From positions 1 through 54,793 of the forward strand of contig NW_021833975.1 in the NCBI RefSeq assembly GCF_006345805.1: DNA of 54,793 bases, written 5' to 3'. Below, in pieces: positions 12,544 through 24,641 of the stretch (positions within the stretch are counted from its first letter, which is position 1; each line of letters opens with the position of its first letter). A program made the position numbers and the translations under genes. This DNA comes from Octopus sinensis. Its lineage: Eukaryota. Under the pieces are notes generated by a model that was given only the letters and a program-made list of their open reading frames with translations, was not told where the DNA came from and searched no databases.

Positions 12544-12790
12544 GTTATTATTACTACTACTGCTACTACTACTACTACTACTCTTATTATCATTATTTAA
12601 ATTCTTCTTCTTCTTATTATTATTATTATTTTGTTATTGTTATTTTAGAAGAATCATTATTACTGTTATTATTATTATTAATATTCGTATTATAACTATT
12701 GTAATTACTCTTACGTTATTATTATTATTATTATTATTTTTATTGATCTTACTATTATTATTGGTGTTGTTGTTTTCGTTGTTGTTATGA
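11778..12790. repeat. (CTT)n, (ATT)n and (ATC)n arrays (about 11778-12105 and 12395-12790)
   Basis: Read directly; source of the poly-I and poly-L ORFs. Confidence 0.95.
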
Positions 12791-13356
12791 TTTTTTTTTC
12801 TATAACATTTCATTTATTTTCTAATTAATATCACATTTATAACATTTACACTTTATCAGTTTATCACAAAAAGTTTTCTCCATTTTGATTTTGATTTTTA
12901 TTTCCTTCTGTATTTTTATTCAATTATTTATTACGTCATGTTTTGGTTTGTATCTTAGTCACAGTACGCAATGTTATTATCAGTGACGAATGCACAATAA
13001 TATCTCCATCTACGAAACACGTTTTATCTCGCTCTGTGTGTCGTAGGCATTCTACATATCTTCCCTTACTCGCTCTTTCTCTCTAATTCCCTCTCTCATT
13101 CTCTCTCACTCTCTCCCCTTCCTCCCTCTATCTCTATTTGTCTCATATATATACATACATACATTCAAATACAGAAGCAAAGCCGCGCGCTACACGTTCA
13201 AAACAAGATTATATTTGCAAAATAAGTGTTATGGACAAACGCTTAACATTGAATTAATCACAACTAAAAATATTGTTTTCCCTTCACCCTATCCCTCTCT
13301 CCCGTTCTATCTCTATATCCATCTCTCTTCATTTATATATATATATATATATATAT

Positions 13357-13424
13357 GATTGATTGATTGATTCTAGTTTCAGCTCATGAGCTGTGGCCAT
13401 GCAGGGGCACTGCCATTTTTGCTA
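13357..13424 (-). mobile_element. SINE-type 3' tail joined to the 5S copy, ending in (TCAA)n
   Basis: Reverse complement ggcagtgcccctgcatggccacagctcatgagctgaaactagaa aligns with the family B tail ggcggtgctccagcatggccgcagtcaaatgactgaaacaagtaa. Confidence 0.75.
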
Positions 13425-13543
13425 TGCTTACTGCACCTAGGTTTCCCAAGCGGTCACCCATCTAAGTACTGACTAGGCTCGACGTTGCTTAACTGCGGTG
13501 ATCAGACGAGAACCGGTGCTTTAAACGTGATATGGCCGTAAGC
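13425..13543 (-). rRNA. Full-length 5S rRNA copy, probably non-functional
   Basis: Reverse complement is GCTTACGGCCATATCACGTTTAAAGCACCGGTTCTCGTCTGATCACCGCAGTTAAGCAACGTCGAGCCTAGTCAGTACTTAGATGGGTGACCGCTTGGGAAACCTAGGTGCAGTAAGCA (119 nt) with box A, box C and helix I. Helix I has one G.A mismatch and no T-run terminator follows. Confidence 0.9.
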
Positions 13544-13650
13544 CATATACATACACATACATAAAATCACATCATATATATATATGTGTGTTTGTATGCG
13601 TGTGTATTTATGTATAAGTACCATATTCATCTGAATCTAAATTTTGATAC

Positions 13651-13705
<55 letters not shown>

Positions 13706-13720
13706 TATAGATAGATAGAT

Positions 13721-13753
<33 letters not shown>

Positions 13754-13768
13754 CAGAGACATATAAGC

Positions 13769-14011
13769 AGTGGCGTCAAACAGGGTTGTGTACTTGCCCC
13801 CACGCTACCAGGCATCTTCTTTGCAGTAATACTGAAAGATGCATTTGGGACGTCAACCGACGGTGATCATCTCCACACCATCTCTTGTGGCAAACTGTTT
13901 AGTCAGACGAATCTGAAAGCAAATTACAATGTGTGCAGGTACATTTTCGCAGAAAATGCAACACTGACAGCGCACCCTGAAGAGCAAATGCGAGCGGGAA
14001 TGAGAGAAAAA
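13769..14011 (+). pseudogene. RTE-clade (BovB-like) LINE reverse-transcriptase fragment
   Basis: Hand translation with no stops: SGVKQGCVLAPTLPGIFFAVILKDAFGTSTDGDHLHTISCGKLFSQTNLKANYNVCRYIFAENATLTAHPEEQMRAGMREK. It has the GVKQGCVLAPTL motif, and the catalytic FADD has decayed to FAEN. Cut at its 3' side by a family B SINE. Confidence 0.85.
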
Positions 14012-14013
14012 CT

Positions 14014-14422
14014 AGGCGCAGGTGTGACTGTGTGGTAAGTAGCTTGCTTATCAGCCACATGGTTCCGGGTTCAGTCCCACTGTGTGGCACCTTGGCCGGG
14101 TGTCTTCTACTATAGCCTCGGGCCGACCAAAGCCTGGTGAGTGGATTTGGTAGACGAAAACTGAACGAAGCCCGTCGTGTATATGTATATACATGTGTGT
14201 GTGTGCGTGTATGTTTGTGTGTCTGTGTTTATCCCCCTAGTATTGCTTGACAACCGATGCTGGTGTGTTTATGTCCCCGTCACTTAGCGGTTCGGCAAAA
14301 GAGACCGATAGAATAAGTACTGGGCTTACAAAGAATAAGTCCCGGGGTCGAGTTGCTCGATCAAACGCGGTGCACCAGCATGGCCGCAGTCAAATGACTG
14401 AGACAAGTACAAGAGTAAAAGA
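14014..14422 (+). mobile_element. SINE family B, full copy
   Basis: aggcgcagg...ggttcagtccc head, TA/TG linker, and tail ending cagtcaaatgactgagacaagtacaagagtaaaaga. Confidence 0.92.
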
Positions 14423-14468
14423 TTAACCAAAATAGATTATTGTTGACATTCAGACCTGTGATAATGTT

Positions 14469-14666
14469 CCGGCAGCATCGTTAGCGCGTCGGGCTGTATG
14501 CTTAGCGGCATATCGTCCAACTTTACGTTCTGAGTTCAAATTCTGTCGATGTCGATTTTGCTTTTCATCTTCTGAAGGTTGATGAAATGAGTACCAGTTG
14601 AACACTGACGTGAATTTACTCGATCTAGCCCTTCTCCGAAATTTCTGGCCTTGTGCAAAAGTTTGA
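14469..14666 (+). mobile_element. tRNA-derived SINE family C, diverged
   Basis: atcgttagcgcgtcgggc...gttctgagttcaaattctgtcgatgtcgattttgcttttcatc, homologous to 21013-21198. Confidence 0.75.
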
Positions 14667-14756
14667 ATGCAGTATTATCTTATATAAGAATAGAAGCAAA
14701 GATACAAACCTGAGAATAGGATGTTAGACAAGTAAATTTATACCAGTAATTGTTTA

Positions 14757-14830
14757 AGGTATTATTTTATCGGTCCCGGTAGGATGAAGTGTATATTTGA
14801 CTCCGGAGGAATTTGAGCGCTTAAAATACT
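14757..14830 (-). mobile_element. SINE family C fragment
   Basis: ggtattattttatcggtcccggtaggatgaa...cggaggaatttgagc is the reverse complement of the family C core. Confidence 0.55.
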
Positions 14831-15249
14831 GAATCATAAGTACACACCCGGAAACTATATCAGCCATTGATATAACGCTTCTGCATAATTACGGCTTTGA
14901 GATGCAGAATGATTGATATCGTTTTAGCCTGTTATCATTGGTATATCAATAAATGATATACGAATGTTGTGCTGATTTAAATATCCAAGCTTCTAGTTAA
15001 TTTCATGAAGAAATATGCTAATTTGAAAACTATACAGCGTTTGAAAATGGAAGCAGAAAAAAAAAGAAATAAATAATAAATTGCCTTCATAAAGTTACAA
15101 TATTTTTAATAATATTTCCTTCTTTTAAGAAATCACCAAATATTCAGTGTTGAGCCATTGAAATATTTAATGATTAAAGTCAACCGTAAATGAAGATAAA
15201 TTAACCGAATCAATATATCATACCATACCAGGTGTAGGTGCGTGCATGT

Positions 15250-15424
15250 ATATGCGGGCGGTTGTACGCATATATATGCATACATATATATGCGTGTATA
15301 TATGTATATATATATATATATAATATATATATATAGGAGGGTATGTGTGTACAAGTAGGTAATGTATATATTTTTATATATCTATATACAAGAATATATA
15401 TATATAAATTTGCATGGATGTAAG

Positions 15425-15464
<40 letters not shown>

Positions 15465-15465
15465 G

Positions 15466-15501
<36 letters not shown>

Positions 15502-15762
15502 GCATAAATATTTCCATAACACTTAATAGTGTACATACTAAAATATATATGCATATATACATGTGTGCATGTGTATAATATATATATAAGTATATAAATA
15601 TCTATGTATATATATATAAATATGTATATTATATACATGGATATATATATATATTTTTATATATATATATACATATATATATGCATATATGTGGATGTAT
15701 GTATATACAATATATATATACATAATACATACATATATACATTTTATCCATACCTATATATG

Positions 15763-15814
<52 letters not shown>

Positions 15815-15910
15815 TATATACATATATATATGTAGATATATATGCAAATGATATATTACGCTTGTATGTACGCATGCATGTTTGCATGTATGCACGCATG
15901 TATGTATGTA
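15250..15910. repeat. Long degenerate (TA)n/(TATG)n array
   Basis: Read directly. Confidence 0.95.
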
Positions 15911-16239
15911 TCTCCGTGTGTAAATGTTTATATGTAGGTTTTTGTAGCTGTGTTTTTCTTAAATGAACGGCTTCCTTCATTAATACGTTAGATAAACTCG
16001 AACACGACATATTTGAATTGTAAATATATTTACATATTCCGCTCAAATCAAATGTGATCATCAAATTTCACAAAAATATAAGAATCCGCGAAGGAGAAAT
16101 AATTCAAAAGGAAATATTAACTGGAATATTTATATTTTTTTTATGCAACCTATAGAGAGACAAGCTTTCATTACACCTATCAGATAGTTACTATCTAAAT
16201 TCATATCGCGATATGTACACAACATATTACTGCATATTT

Positions 16240-16334
16240 TGTTATTATTATTATTAATATGATTATTATTATTATATTATTATTATTATTATTATTATAT
16301 TATTATATTATTATATTATATTATTATTATTATA

Positions 16335-16404
<70 letters not shown>

Positions 16405-16482
16405 TATTATTATTTTATCATTATTATTATTATTATTACTGTTATTATTATTATTATAATAATTATTATTATTACGATTATT

Positions 16483-16514
<32 letters not shown>

Positions 16515-16585
16515 CATTATTATTGTTGTTGTTATTATTATTATTATTATTATTGTTATTATTATTATTGTTATTATTAATATTT
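16240..16585. repeat. (ATT)n array
   Basis: Read directly. Confidence 0.95.
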
Positions 16586-16784
16586 ACTAAGACTATTTGC
16601 ATTGTAATTGCTTTAAAAATCAATTAGGGATGAATGCTAAAGTGATCTTGATGATATTAAGAGCTGGTATTTTTCGTATTAAAATTTTCTATCGCCCGCC
16701 TCTTGTTTAAATTCGTTTGTTTAAAGAGTGGCTACTAAAGATTGGACAAAATACACTCGAGTTAATCTTTGTATTGCATGTGAA

Positions 16785-17310
16785 ATATGAAGAAGGAGAA
16801 GGAGGAGGAGCGGGAGGAGGAGGAGAAAGAAGAAGAAGAAGAAGAAGATAATGATGATGATGATGAAGGAGGAGAAGAAGAAGGAGGAGGAGGAGGAGAA
16901 AGAAGAAGAAGAAGATGATGATGATGAAGGAGAAGAAGAAGAAGATGATGAAGAAGAAGAAGGAGGAGGAGAAGAAGAAGAAGCGGAAGAAGAAAAAGAA
17001 GAAGATGAAGAAGAGGAAGTAGAAAAGAAAAAGAAGAAAAGTAAAATTAGACGAAAGAGAAGAAGACGAAGACGAAGAAGAAAAGAAAAATAACACGAAA
17101 AAGAAGAAGAAGAAGAAGAAGAAAGAGGGAAGAAGACGACGAGGAATACGAAAAAGAAGAACGAAAGAAAATGAAAACGAAAAAGAAAAGGAGGAGGAGG
17201 ATTTGGAGAAGAACAAAAAGAAGAAAAAGAAGAAGAAGGATGGTGATGATGATGATGATGATGTTGATGATGATGATGATGATGATATTGATGATGATGA
17301 TGACGACAGA
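16785..17310. repeat. Purine-rich (GAA/GGA)n tract with (GAT)n blocks
   Basis: Read directly. Confidence 0.95.
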
Positions 17311-17496
17311 GTTTAAAATTTAATAGTGTACATATCGCAATACGCTTGTTATTTGTTCTTAAATCAATAGTTTTAAATCGAATGCATTTCTTTGGCTCGA
17401 TAAACACGACAGTTTGCTCTCCGACTATTTTTACACTATAAGCAGACACCATATGATCCTCCTCCCCCTCTTTCTTTCTCCCTCTCTTTCTCTCTT

Positions 17497-17583
<87 letters not shown>

Positions 17584-17614
17584 ATAATATATATATATAC
17601 ATATATATATATAT

Positions 17615-18020
17615 AGGCGCAAGAGAGGCTGTGTGGTAAGTAGCTTGTCTACCAACCACATGGTTCCAGGTTCAGTCCCACTGCGTGGCACCTTGGGCTA
17701 GTGTCTTCTACTATAGCCTCGGGCCGACCAAAGCTTTGTGAGTGGATTTGGTAGACAGAAACTGAAAGAAGCCCGTCTCATAGATGTATATATATATATG
17801 CGTGTGTGTGTTTGTGTGCCTGTGTTTGTCCCCTAGCATTGCTTGACAACCGATGCTGGTGTGTTTATGTCCCCGTTACTTAGCGGCTCGGCAAAGAGAC
17901 CGATAGGATAAGTACTGGGCTTACAAAAGAATAAGTCCCGGGGTCGAGTTGCTCGATTAAAGGCGGTGCTCCAGCATGGCCGCAGTCAAAATGACTGAAA
18001 CAAGTAAGAGAGTAAAAGAG
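17615..18020 (+). mobile_element. SINE family B, full copy, flanked by (TA)n on both sides
   Basis: Head, linker and tail are intact. Confidence 0.92.
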
Positions 18021-18165
18021 TATATATATATATATATATATATGCTTGCATTGTCTAACTATATTAGTTTGTACGTGTATACTAGAGGAACCGTGATTTC
18101 CCATGCTTTCAACGAATGTGACATCGAAATCATATGTAAACGGCTACCTTCCCCAGAAAAAGAAG

Positions 18166-18278
18166 GATTTAGCTGCTATTTCTTGCACCCCCTGCTATCA
18201 CGTAACATGTATTTAAGGTCCTTCATCGCAAATAGCTCTTATGTGGTACCAGTGCGTGGTAGAAATAGCAGCCAAATC
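18166..18278. mobile_element. 113-bp MITE-like element
   Basis: 18-bp TIRs gatttagctgctatttct and agaaatagcagccaaatc (17/18 match). A lone similar TIR lies near 51020. Confidence 0.6.
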
Positions 18279-18325
18279 TGTGGATGTGAGATACGTTGAA
18301 TGCAATCGAAAAAAGCCTACAGTTT

Positions 18326-18652
18326 TACTTGTATCAGTCATTTGACTCTGGCCATGCTAGAGCACCGCCTTTAGTCGTGCCTAGTACTTATTCTATCGAT
18401 CTCTTTTGCCGAAACGGGGAACGTAAACACAACAGCATCGGTTGTTGAGCGATGTTGGGGGAACAAACCCAGACACATAAATATATACACACACATACAT
18501 ATATACATATACATATATGCGACGGGCTTCTTTCAGTTTCCGTCTATCAAATCCACTCACAAGGCTTTGGTCTGCCCGAGGCTATAGTAGAAGACACTTG
18601 GTCAAGGTGCCATGCAGTGGTACTGAACCCGGAACTATGTGGTTCGTGGAAA
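18326..18652 (-). mobile_element. SINE family B with internal deletions
   Basis: Reverse-complement tail, linker and head. Confidence 0.85.
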
Positions 18653-19669
18653 ATACTATTTCAAACTGAGGTTACGAACGGCTTTTTACGAAATATCTGC
18701 CGTATTTTTGAAATCGTTTTCACTTTACAATACTTTTAAATATGCCCCAAAAATTGTAATGGTATTCACTTGAAAATAATTTGCTTAAAGGCAGCTAAAA
18801 TATTAATACTTACTGTACAAACAACTTACATGTTTGAAATCATATTTACTTAAAAATATTTCTAAATGATTAAATTATTGTTTCACAAGAACGAAAATAG
18901 AAACATTTATTGTTAAAAAAATCGTATTCTTCCGTTGTTGGCTTGCTGTCTAATAAAAAATTAGAGATTATTCCTTTTCATGATGAAGATTATTTTCGGA
19001 ACATTTTCCCATTATGCGCCAGTTTGGCTGAGTAACATTGCAAGCAAGCAAGATTCAAACTTACTTTTAATGTATTATATATATGTGTGTGTGTATGTGG
19101 ATGTGTGTGGATGTGTGTGTGCGCGCGTGTCTGTTAGAAGAGAACATTGTTTTTTTCCTTTTTTAGTTATCTTTTGCTGATGTCCCAGGACAATGGAGAT
19201 AGTTAGATAGATAGAATGATAGATAGATAGAATGATAGATAGATAAATATGTGTTTTCAATATTCATTTATTTATTTAGTCATTTACCATTATATTAATA
19301 TGGATTCAAGGATGGTGACCTCTCCAAGATGTCAGTTGTAGGATTGGGAAAATAATGAAAGTCTAGGGTGCTGTCATCACTGAAAGGGTTTTGTTTTTCT
19401 TGTTCTTAAGAAGGAAGAGAAGAGGTTCTGTAAACAATTATCTGTCCTTCTATCTATTTATCTATCTATCTTTGTACGTATCTATGTCCATTATCCTGCT
19501 ACCCTCACCAAAAAAAACAACAATGTTCTCTTCTATATCTGCAGGGTGTTAGGGCTAAATTTGACAATTTTCATCAAACGATAAGAAAACAATATCCCCT
19601 TCAAAAACATAGGTATTTAAAAATATCAAAATAAATCAACAATATTATGTTTGGTAGATATAAGTTTGT

Positions 19670-20050
19670 GGAGGCGCAATGGCCCAGTGGTTAGGGCAGC
19701 GGACTCGCGGTCGTAGGATCGCAGTTTCGATTCCCAGACCGGGCGTTGTGAGTGTTTTTTGAGCGAAAACACCTAAAGCTCCACAAGGCTCCGGCAGGGA
19801 TGGTGGTGATCCCTGCTGTACCCTTTCACCACAACTTTCTCTCGCTCTTACTTCCTGTTTCTGTTGTACCTGTATTTCAAAGGGCCGGCCTTGTCACTCT
19901 CTGTGTCACGCTGAATATCCCCGAGAACTACATTAAGGGTACACGTGTCTGTGGAGTGCTCAGCCACTTACACGTTAATTTCACGAGCAGGCTGTTCCGT
20001 TGATCGGATCAACCGGAACCCTCATCGTCGTAACCGACGGAGTGCTTCCA
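19670..20050 (+). mobile_element. tRNA-derived SINE family A, tail type 2
   Basis: Well-preserved head ggaggcgcaatggcccagtggttagggcagcggactcgcggtc and core. The tail ...caaagggccggccttgtcactctctgtgtcacgctg...gtaaccgacggagtgc differs from the 9668 copy. Confidence 0.88.
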
Positions 20051-20449
20051 CCCACAGATATAAGTTTACTCAAGGTAACCGCGCTCATCTTCCGCCGCGG
20101 CCTCGAGACGAATTCAGAAACCAGGAATCCTGTTCACTGTGTCCCTAGTAAAATATTCTTGGCCACAATCTTGATCTTTGCGTTACATGCAGACCAGTTG
20201 GTGTTTTACCCAACCGCTGTTCATATATAGTATTCCATAGGAATACAATCGTAGCCAGAAATCGGGATTAATGAGATCGTAGATGTCTTCTGACAAGCAA
20301 TTCTCATACTTTTCAGAGAAACCCAATCCTGCTGCCACACATATTGCATTCCAACTGCAATTTTTTTCTAATTATTCTGCATGTGTTAACAATTAGTGTG
20401 TAATTCGTCTTGTCGTTGATGATACTCCTGTTTTCAAAGTTATTATTGA

Positions 20450-21540
20450 TTATGATAATGATGATGATGAGAAGGAGGAAGAGGAGGAGGAGGAGGACGA
20501 CGAAGAAGAGGAGGGTGAGGACGATGAGGAAGACGACGTCGGTGACCACGACGATGACATTGACCATAGCAAGCATGGCATGACACCAATCCTGCTGCTA
20601 CTAATGATGATGATGATGATGATAATGGTTGTGGTGAAGATGGTGGTGAAAATGATGATGGTGATGATGATGATGATGATCGTGCTGGTGGTGGTGGTGA
20701 TGATGATCATGTTGATGGTAATGTTGAGGCTGCTGCTGCTATTAATGACGATGATGATGACGATGATGATGATGGTGATGATGATGATGATAATGATGAT
20801 GATGATGGTGGTGATGATGATGATGACGACAATGAGGATGATGATGTTGATGATGATGATGGTGGTAGTGAAGATGATGATGGTGATGATAACGATGATG
20901 ATGATGACGACGATGATGACGATGATGATGACGAAGACGATGATGACGATGACGATGATGACGATGATGGTGACGATGTTGATGACGATGACGATGATGA
21001 CGATGATGATGACGGTATTTCGTCTGCCGTTAAGTTCTGAGTTCAAATTCCGCCGAGGTCGACTTTGCCTTTCATCCTTTCGGGGTCGATAAATAAAGTA
21101 CCAGTTACGCACTGGAGTCGATATAATCGACTTAATACGTTCGTCTGTCTTTGTTTGTCCTCTCTGTGTTTAGCCCCTTGTGGGTAGTAAAGAAATAGAT
21201 GATGATGATGAAGATGATGATGATGAGGATGATGATGATGAAGATGATGATGATGAGGATGAGGATGACAATGATGATGATGACGATGATGATGAGGATG
21301 TTGATGACGATGACGATGATGACGATGATGATGACGATGATGATGAAGATGTTGATGACGATGACGATGATGACGATGATGATGACGATGATGATGATGA
21401 CGATGATGATGATGACGATGACGATGACGATGATGATGATGACGGTGTTGATGACGATTTTATGATGATGATGATGCTGCTGATGATGTTGAAGCTGCTA
21501 CTGATAATAATGATGATGATGATGATGACGATGGTGGTAG
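20450..21540. repeat. (GAT/GAC/GGT)n array split by a SINE at 21013-21198
   Basis: Read directly; source of the poly-M, poly-D and poly-S ORFs. Confidence 0.95.
21013..21198 (+). mobile_element. SINE family C, 5'-truncated and apparently young
   Basis: cggtatttcgtctgccgtt...gagttcaaattccgccgaggtcgactttgcctttcatcctttcggggtcgataaa...aaagaaataga with a B-box-like gagttcaaattcc. Confidence 0.85.
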
Positions 21541-22303
21541 CGATTATGATGAATATGCAGTTATTGATTATCAATTTCAAAACCCACAAATTCGTCGACA
21601 TTATCATTAATAAATAAATATTATGGCAGAAATGTCGCTATACACACATAATATGTGTGCTTGTCTTATATAACCTCGAACACAGATTACATCGAGAGAG
21701 ATAACGAAATTTCATATGATAATTCATACAAGACGGTTCATCAAACGGCTTATTTAAGCAATTCTAGGGTTTACTATATTATATTAAAATATACTAAATT
21801 GTACTAAATTATATTAAATTATACTTTCTAAATACTAAATGATCAAAGGGTAGGAAAACCAGAGAATGTATTTAGTTATATGAGTGAGGAAATTTCGCAT
21901 CGAAATCATGTGTTCAGTATTAGCTCGCATCGTCATGCCTCGTTCAAATACTCGTAGATTAAATTTGGTAGGACTACGGATTATGAACTAGTATGGAAAC
22001 ACACAGACATGGTTATCTAATTTTTCCTGAACTAGAACCTTCATCTTTATGCTCTCCAGCGCCGTTGACTGTTCACGAATATATCTAGCTGTGCCTGAGA
22101 AAATGAGACATGAAAAGAGAAAACGAAGTGAAATATAGTCCGATCACCTCGTGTAACAAACATGGCATTGTGACCATCTCGTTCGAAGTTTATGCAACAA
22201 AATATAAGAATGAATGCTAATGATTTTGAAATAGCGGATAAAACAACATTTGGCTTAGAGAATCCAGCTGGAGTAGGAAGCACACACAATAAGTCTCTGA
22301 CGG

Positions 22304-22770
22304 CTAATTATCATGCATGTGATAACAATTAGTGTGTAATTAGTCTCGTCGTTGATGATGGTCCTGTTTTCAATGTTATTGATGATGATGATGATGGTGG
22401 TGGTGAAGATGATGATGATGATGATAAGAAAGAAGAGGAGGAGGAGGATTGTGATGATGATGATTATGATGATGATGATGACAAAGAAGAAGAGGAGGAG
22501 GAGGAGGAGGATGACGACGACGACGACAGTGACCATAGACAGAATGGCATGACATCGATGACGATAATGATGATAAGGATTATGATGATGATGATAATGA
22601 TGATGATGATGAAGATGATGATGATGATGATGATGATGATGAGGACGACGATGATGATGATGATGATGATTGATGATGATGATTGGTGTGTGGTGGTGGT
22701 GGTGGTGGTGGTGGTGGTGGTGGTGGGGTGCTGATAACGTTGGGGCTGCTGCTGCTGCTGCTACTGATGA
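22304..22770. repeat. Paralogue of 20368-20585 plus (GAT)/(GAG)/(GGT)/(GCT) arrays
   Basis: Shared anchors ctaattat..tgcatgtg.taacaattagtgtgtaatt.gtc..gtcgttgatgat..tcctgttttcaa.gttatt and tgaccatag...atggcatgaca. Confidence 0.8.
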
Positions 22771-23244
22771 TGAAGTTTATCTCTACAGAAATACTAGCCA
22801 GCTCTCATTTGTTACAGCGTTTCATAACCGAATACGACTAATGCAAACAATAATGATATCAAAGATATTAAAAATTCTATGACGGGCGTGTATGCCATAC
22901 TTCAGGCGTTTTTGCTCCTTGCTCAGCACGCATCCAACCCATTAATCATCTTCCAACTTGTTTAAATAGCCACTAAAGACAGCGGTGTAACGTTATTGGA
23001 TTTACCAATTTTAGATATTAAACACATTCTTAAAACATGATGTCCCTAGAGCGATTCACACTAAATTACCAGTAACTATGAGGATTTTAAGGAGGCAGGT
23101 CTTTCTAAGAGCTGTAAAAGAACACGGAAGTTTGAGTCTCCAACCAAGCCCTACCCTTCGGTACCCTTAAAAACTTTCGCATTCATCTTCCAGTTGATCC
23201 AAAGCTCGAACGTCGCTCTGTGTGTATTTAACGCATATTGCAAG

Positions 23245-23247
23245 TGC

Positions 23248-23297
<50 letters not shown>

Positions 23298-23325
23298 ATA
23301 TATTTATACACACACACACACACAC

Positions 23326-23400
<75 letters not shown>

Positions 23401-23973
23401 GTAGTAGTAGCAGAAAGAGGATTTCGATAGTCCCCACGTCATAGTTTGTAATGTATATAGGAAATTAAAATAGGAAAATTCGGACATTTACATGGTTTTA
23501 ATATACTTTTTTTAATATATCGACCGGTTTCGCGATCGCTATTCATGATATGTTTAATTTACTTGAATATATATTAAAAAGTATATCAAAATCATGTAAG
23601 TGTATTTTCCTTTTTTAATTTCTTATATATATATTCGCCTAACGAAAGGAAATGAGAACTTGCGATGAGACAGACACATATTTGGCAGAACCTACAATAA
23701 ATGCTATTTCCCCTCTACACAAAAATTCTCTCCGAATTCATTGCAACTCACACGGGAGTAAACGAGTAAAGTATTGATTTGGTATATTCATACACAGACG
23801 CACGCACACACACACACATACACACACGCACATTTATAAATATATATATATATATTCATGCTCATGTATAAGTTTGGATTATGGATACATGTTTATTTGT
23901 ACCCATAGGGTATTTAGCAGGATACCCCGATACACACATATATTTATACATGTAAACATTTTGTATACATATA

Positions 23974-24014
<41 letters not shown>

Positions 24015-24062
24015 TTATATGTATATATATATATATGTATATACATATATATATATATATTA

Positions 24063-24104
<42 letters not shown>

Positions 24105-24602
24105 TTTATATATATATATTATATACACATATATATATATTTACATATATTGGCGTATCTTGTATATATACATACATTGGCATGTGATAATATATATAAA
24201 TACACCAATGCCCGTTACGTATATCCATCATATATACATCATATATACATACATACATAAGCATCCATAATAACCGCTAGAATTACTAAAACAACAATCG
24301 TACCGTTGGTAGTCAGTAAATCTATAGAAATCTGAAACTGATTTCATTGATCTCACGTTGATAAACGAGGGAACATCCGTTTTCCGGAGGAACTGACTGT
24401 GATTCCTGAGGAAAACGTTAAGCTATACTAAACGGTTTCCGAATAAATTCTGCATTTCATCATGTTCGCAAGGTATTTACATTTACACTGGGAAGTAACC
24501 TTCATCGACATGTCTGACTATATAGCATTGTCACATATACACACAACACACTCACAAACACACGCGTACACATATACACACTGATGCATACATATACATA
24601 CA

Positions 24603-24641
<39 letters not shown>

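Noticed and set aside
13425-13543. Functional 5S rRNA gene
   Set aside because: It is a solitary copy with a helix I mismatch, apparent changes in the internal control region and no oligo-T terminator; kept as a 5S-derived copy.
16851-17093. Glu/Lys/Arg-rich ORF as a nucleolar or chromatin protein
   Set aside because: It is a pure (GAA/GGA/GAT)n translation with no unique sequence.
21180-21617. Poly-Asp ORF as an acidic biomineralisation-type protein
   Set aside because: It starts inside a SINE tail and is a (GAT/GAC)n array that is open in multiple frames on both strands.
22690-22730. (GGT)n as a functional G-quadruplex
   Set aside because: Only two-tier G-tracts within an ordinary trinucleotide array, with no contextual support.
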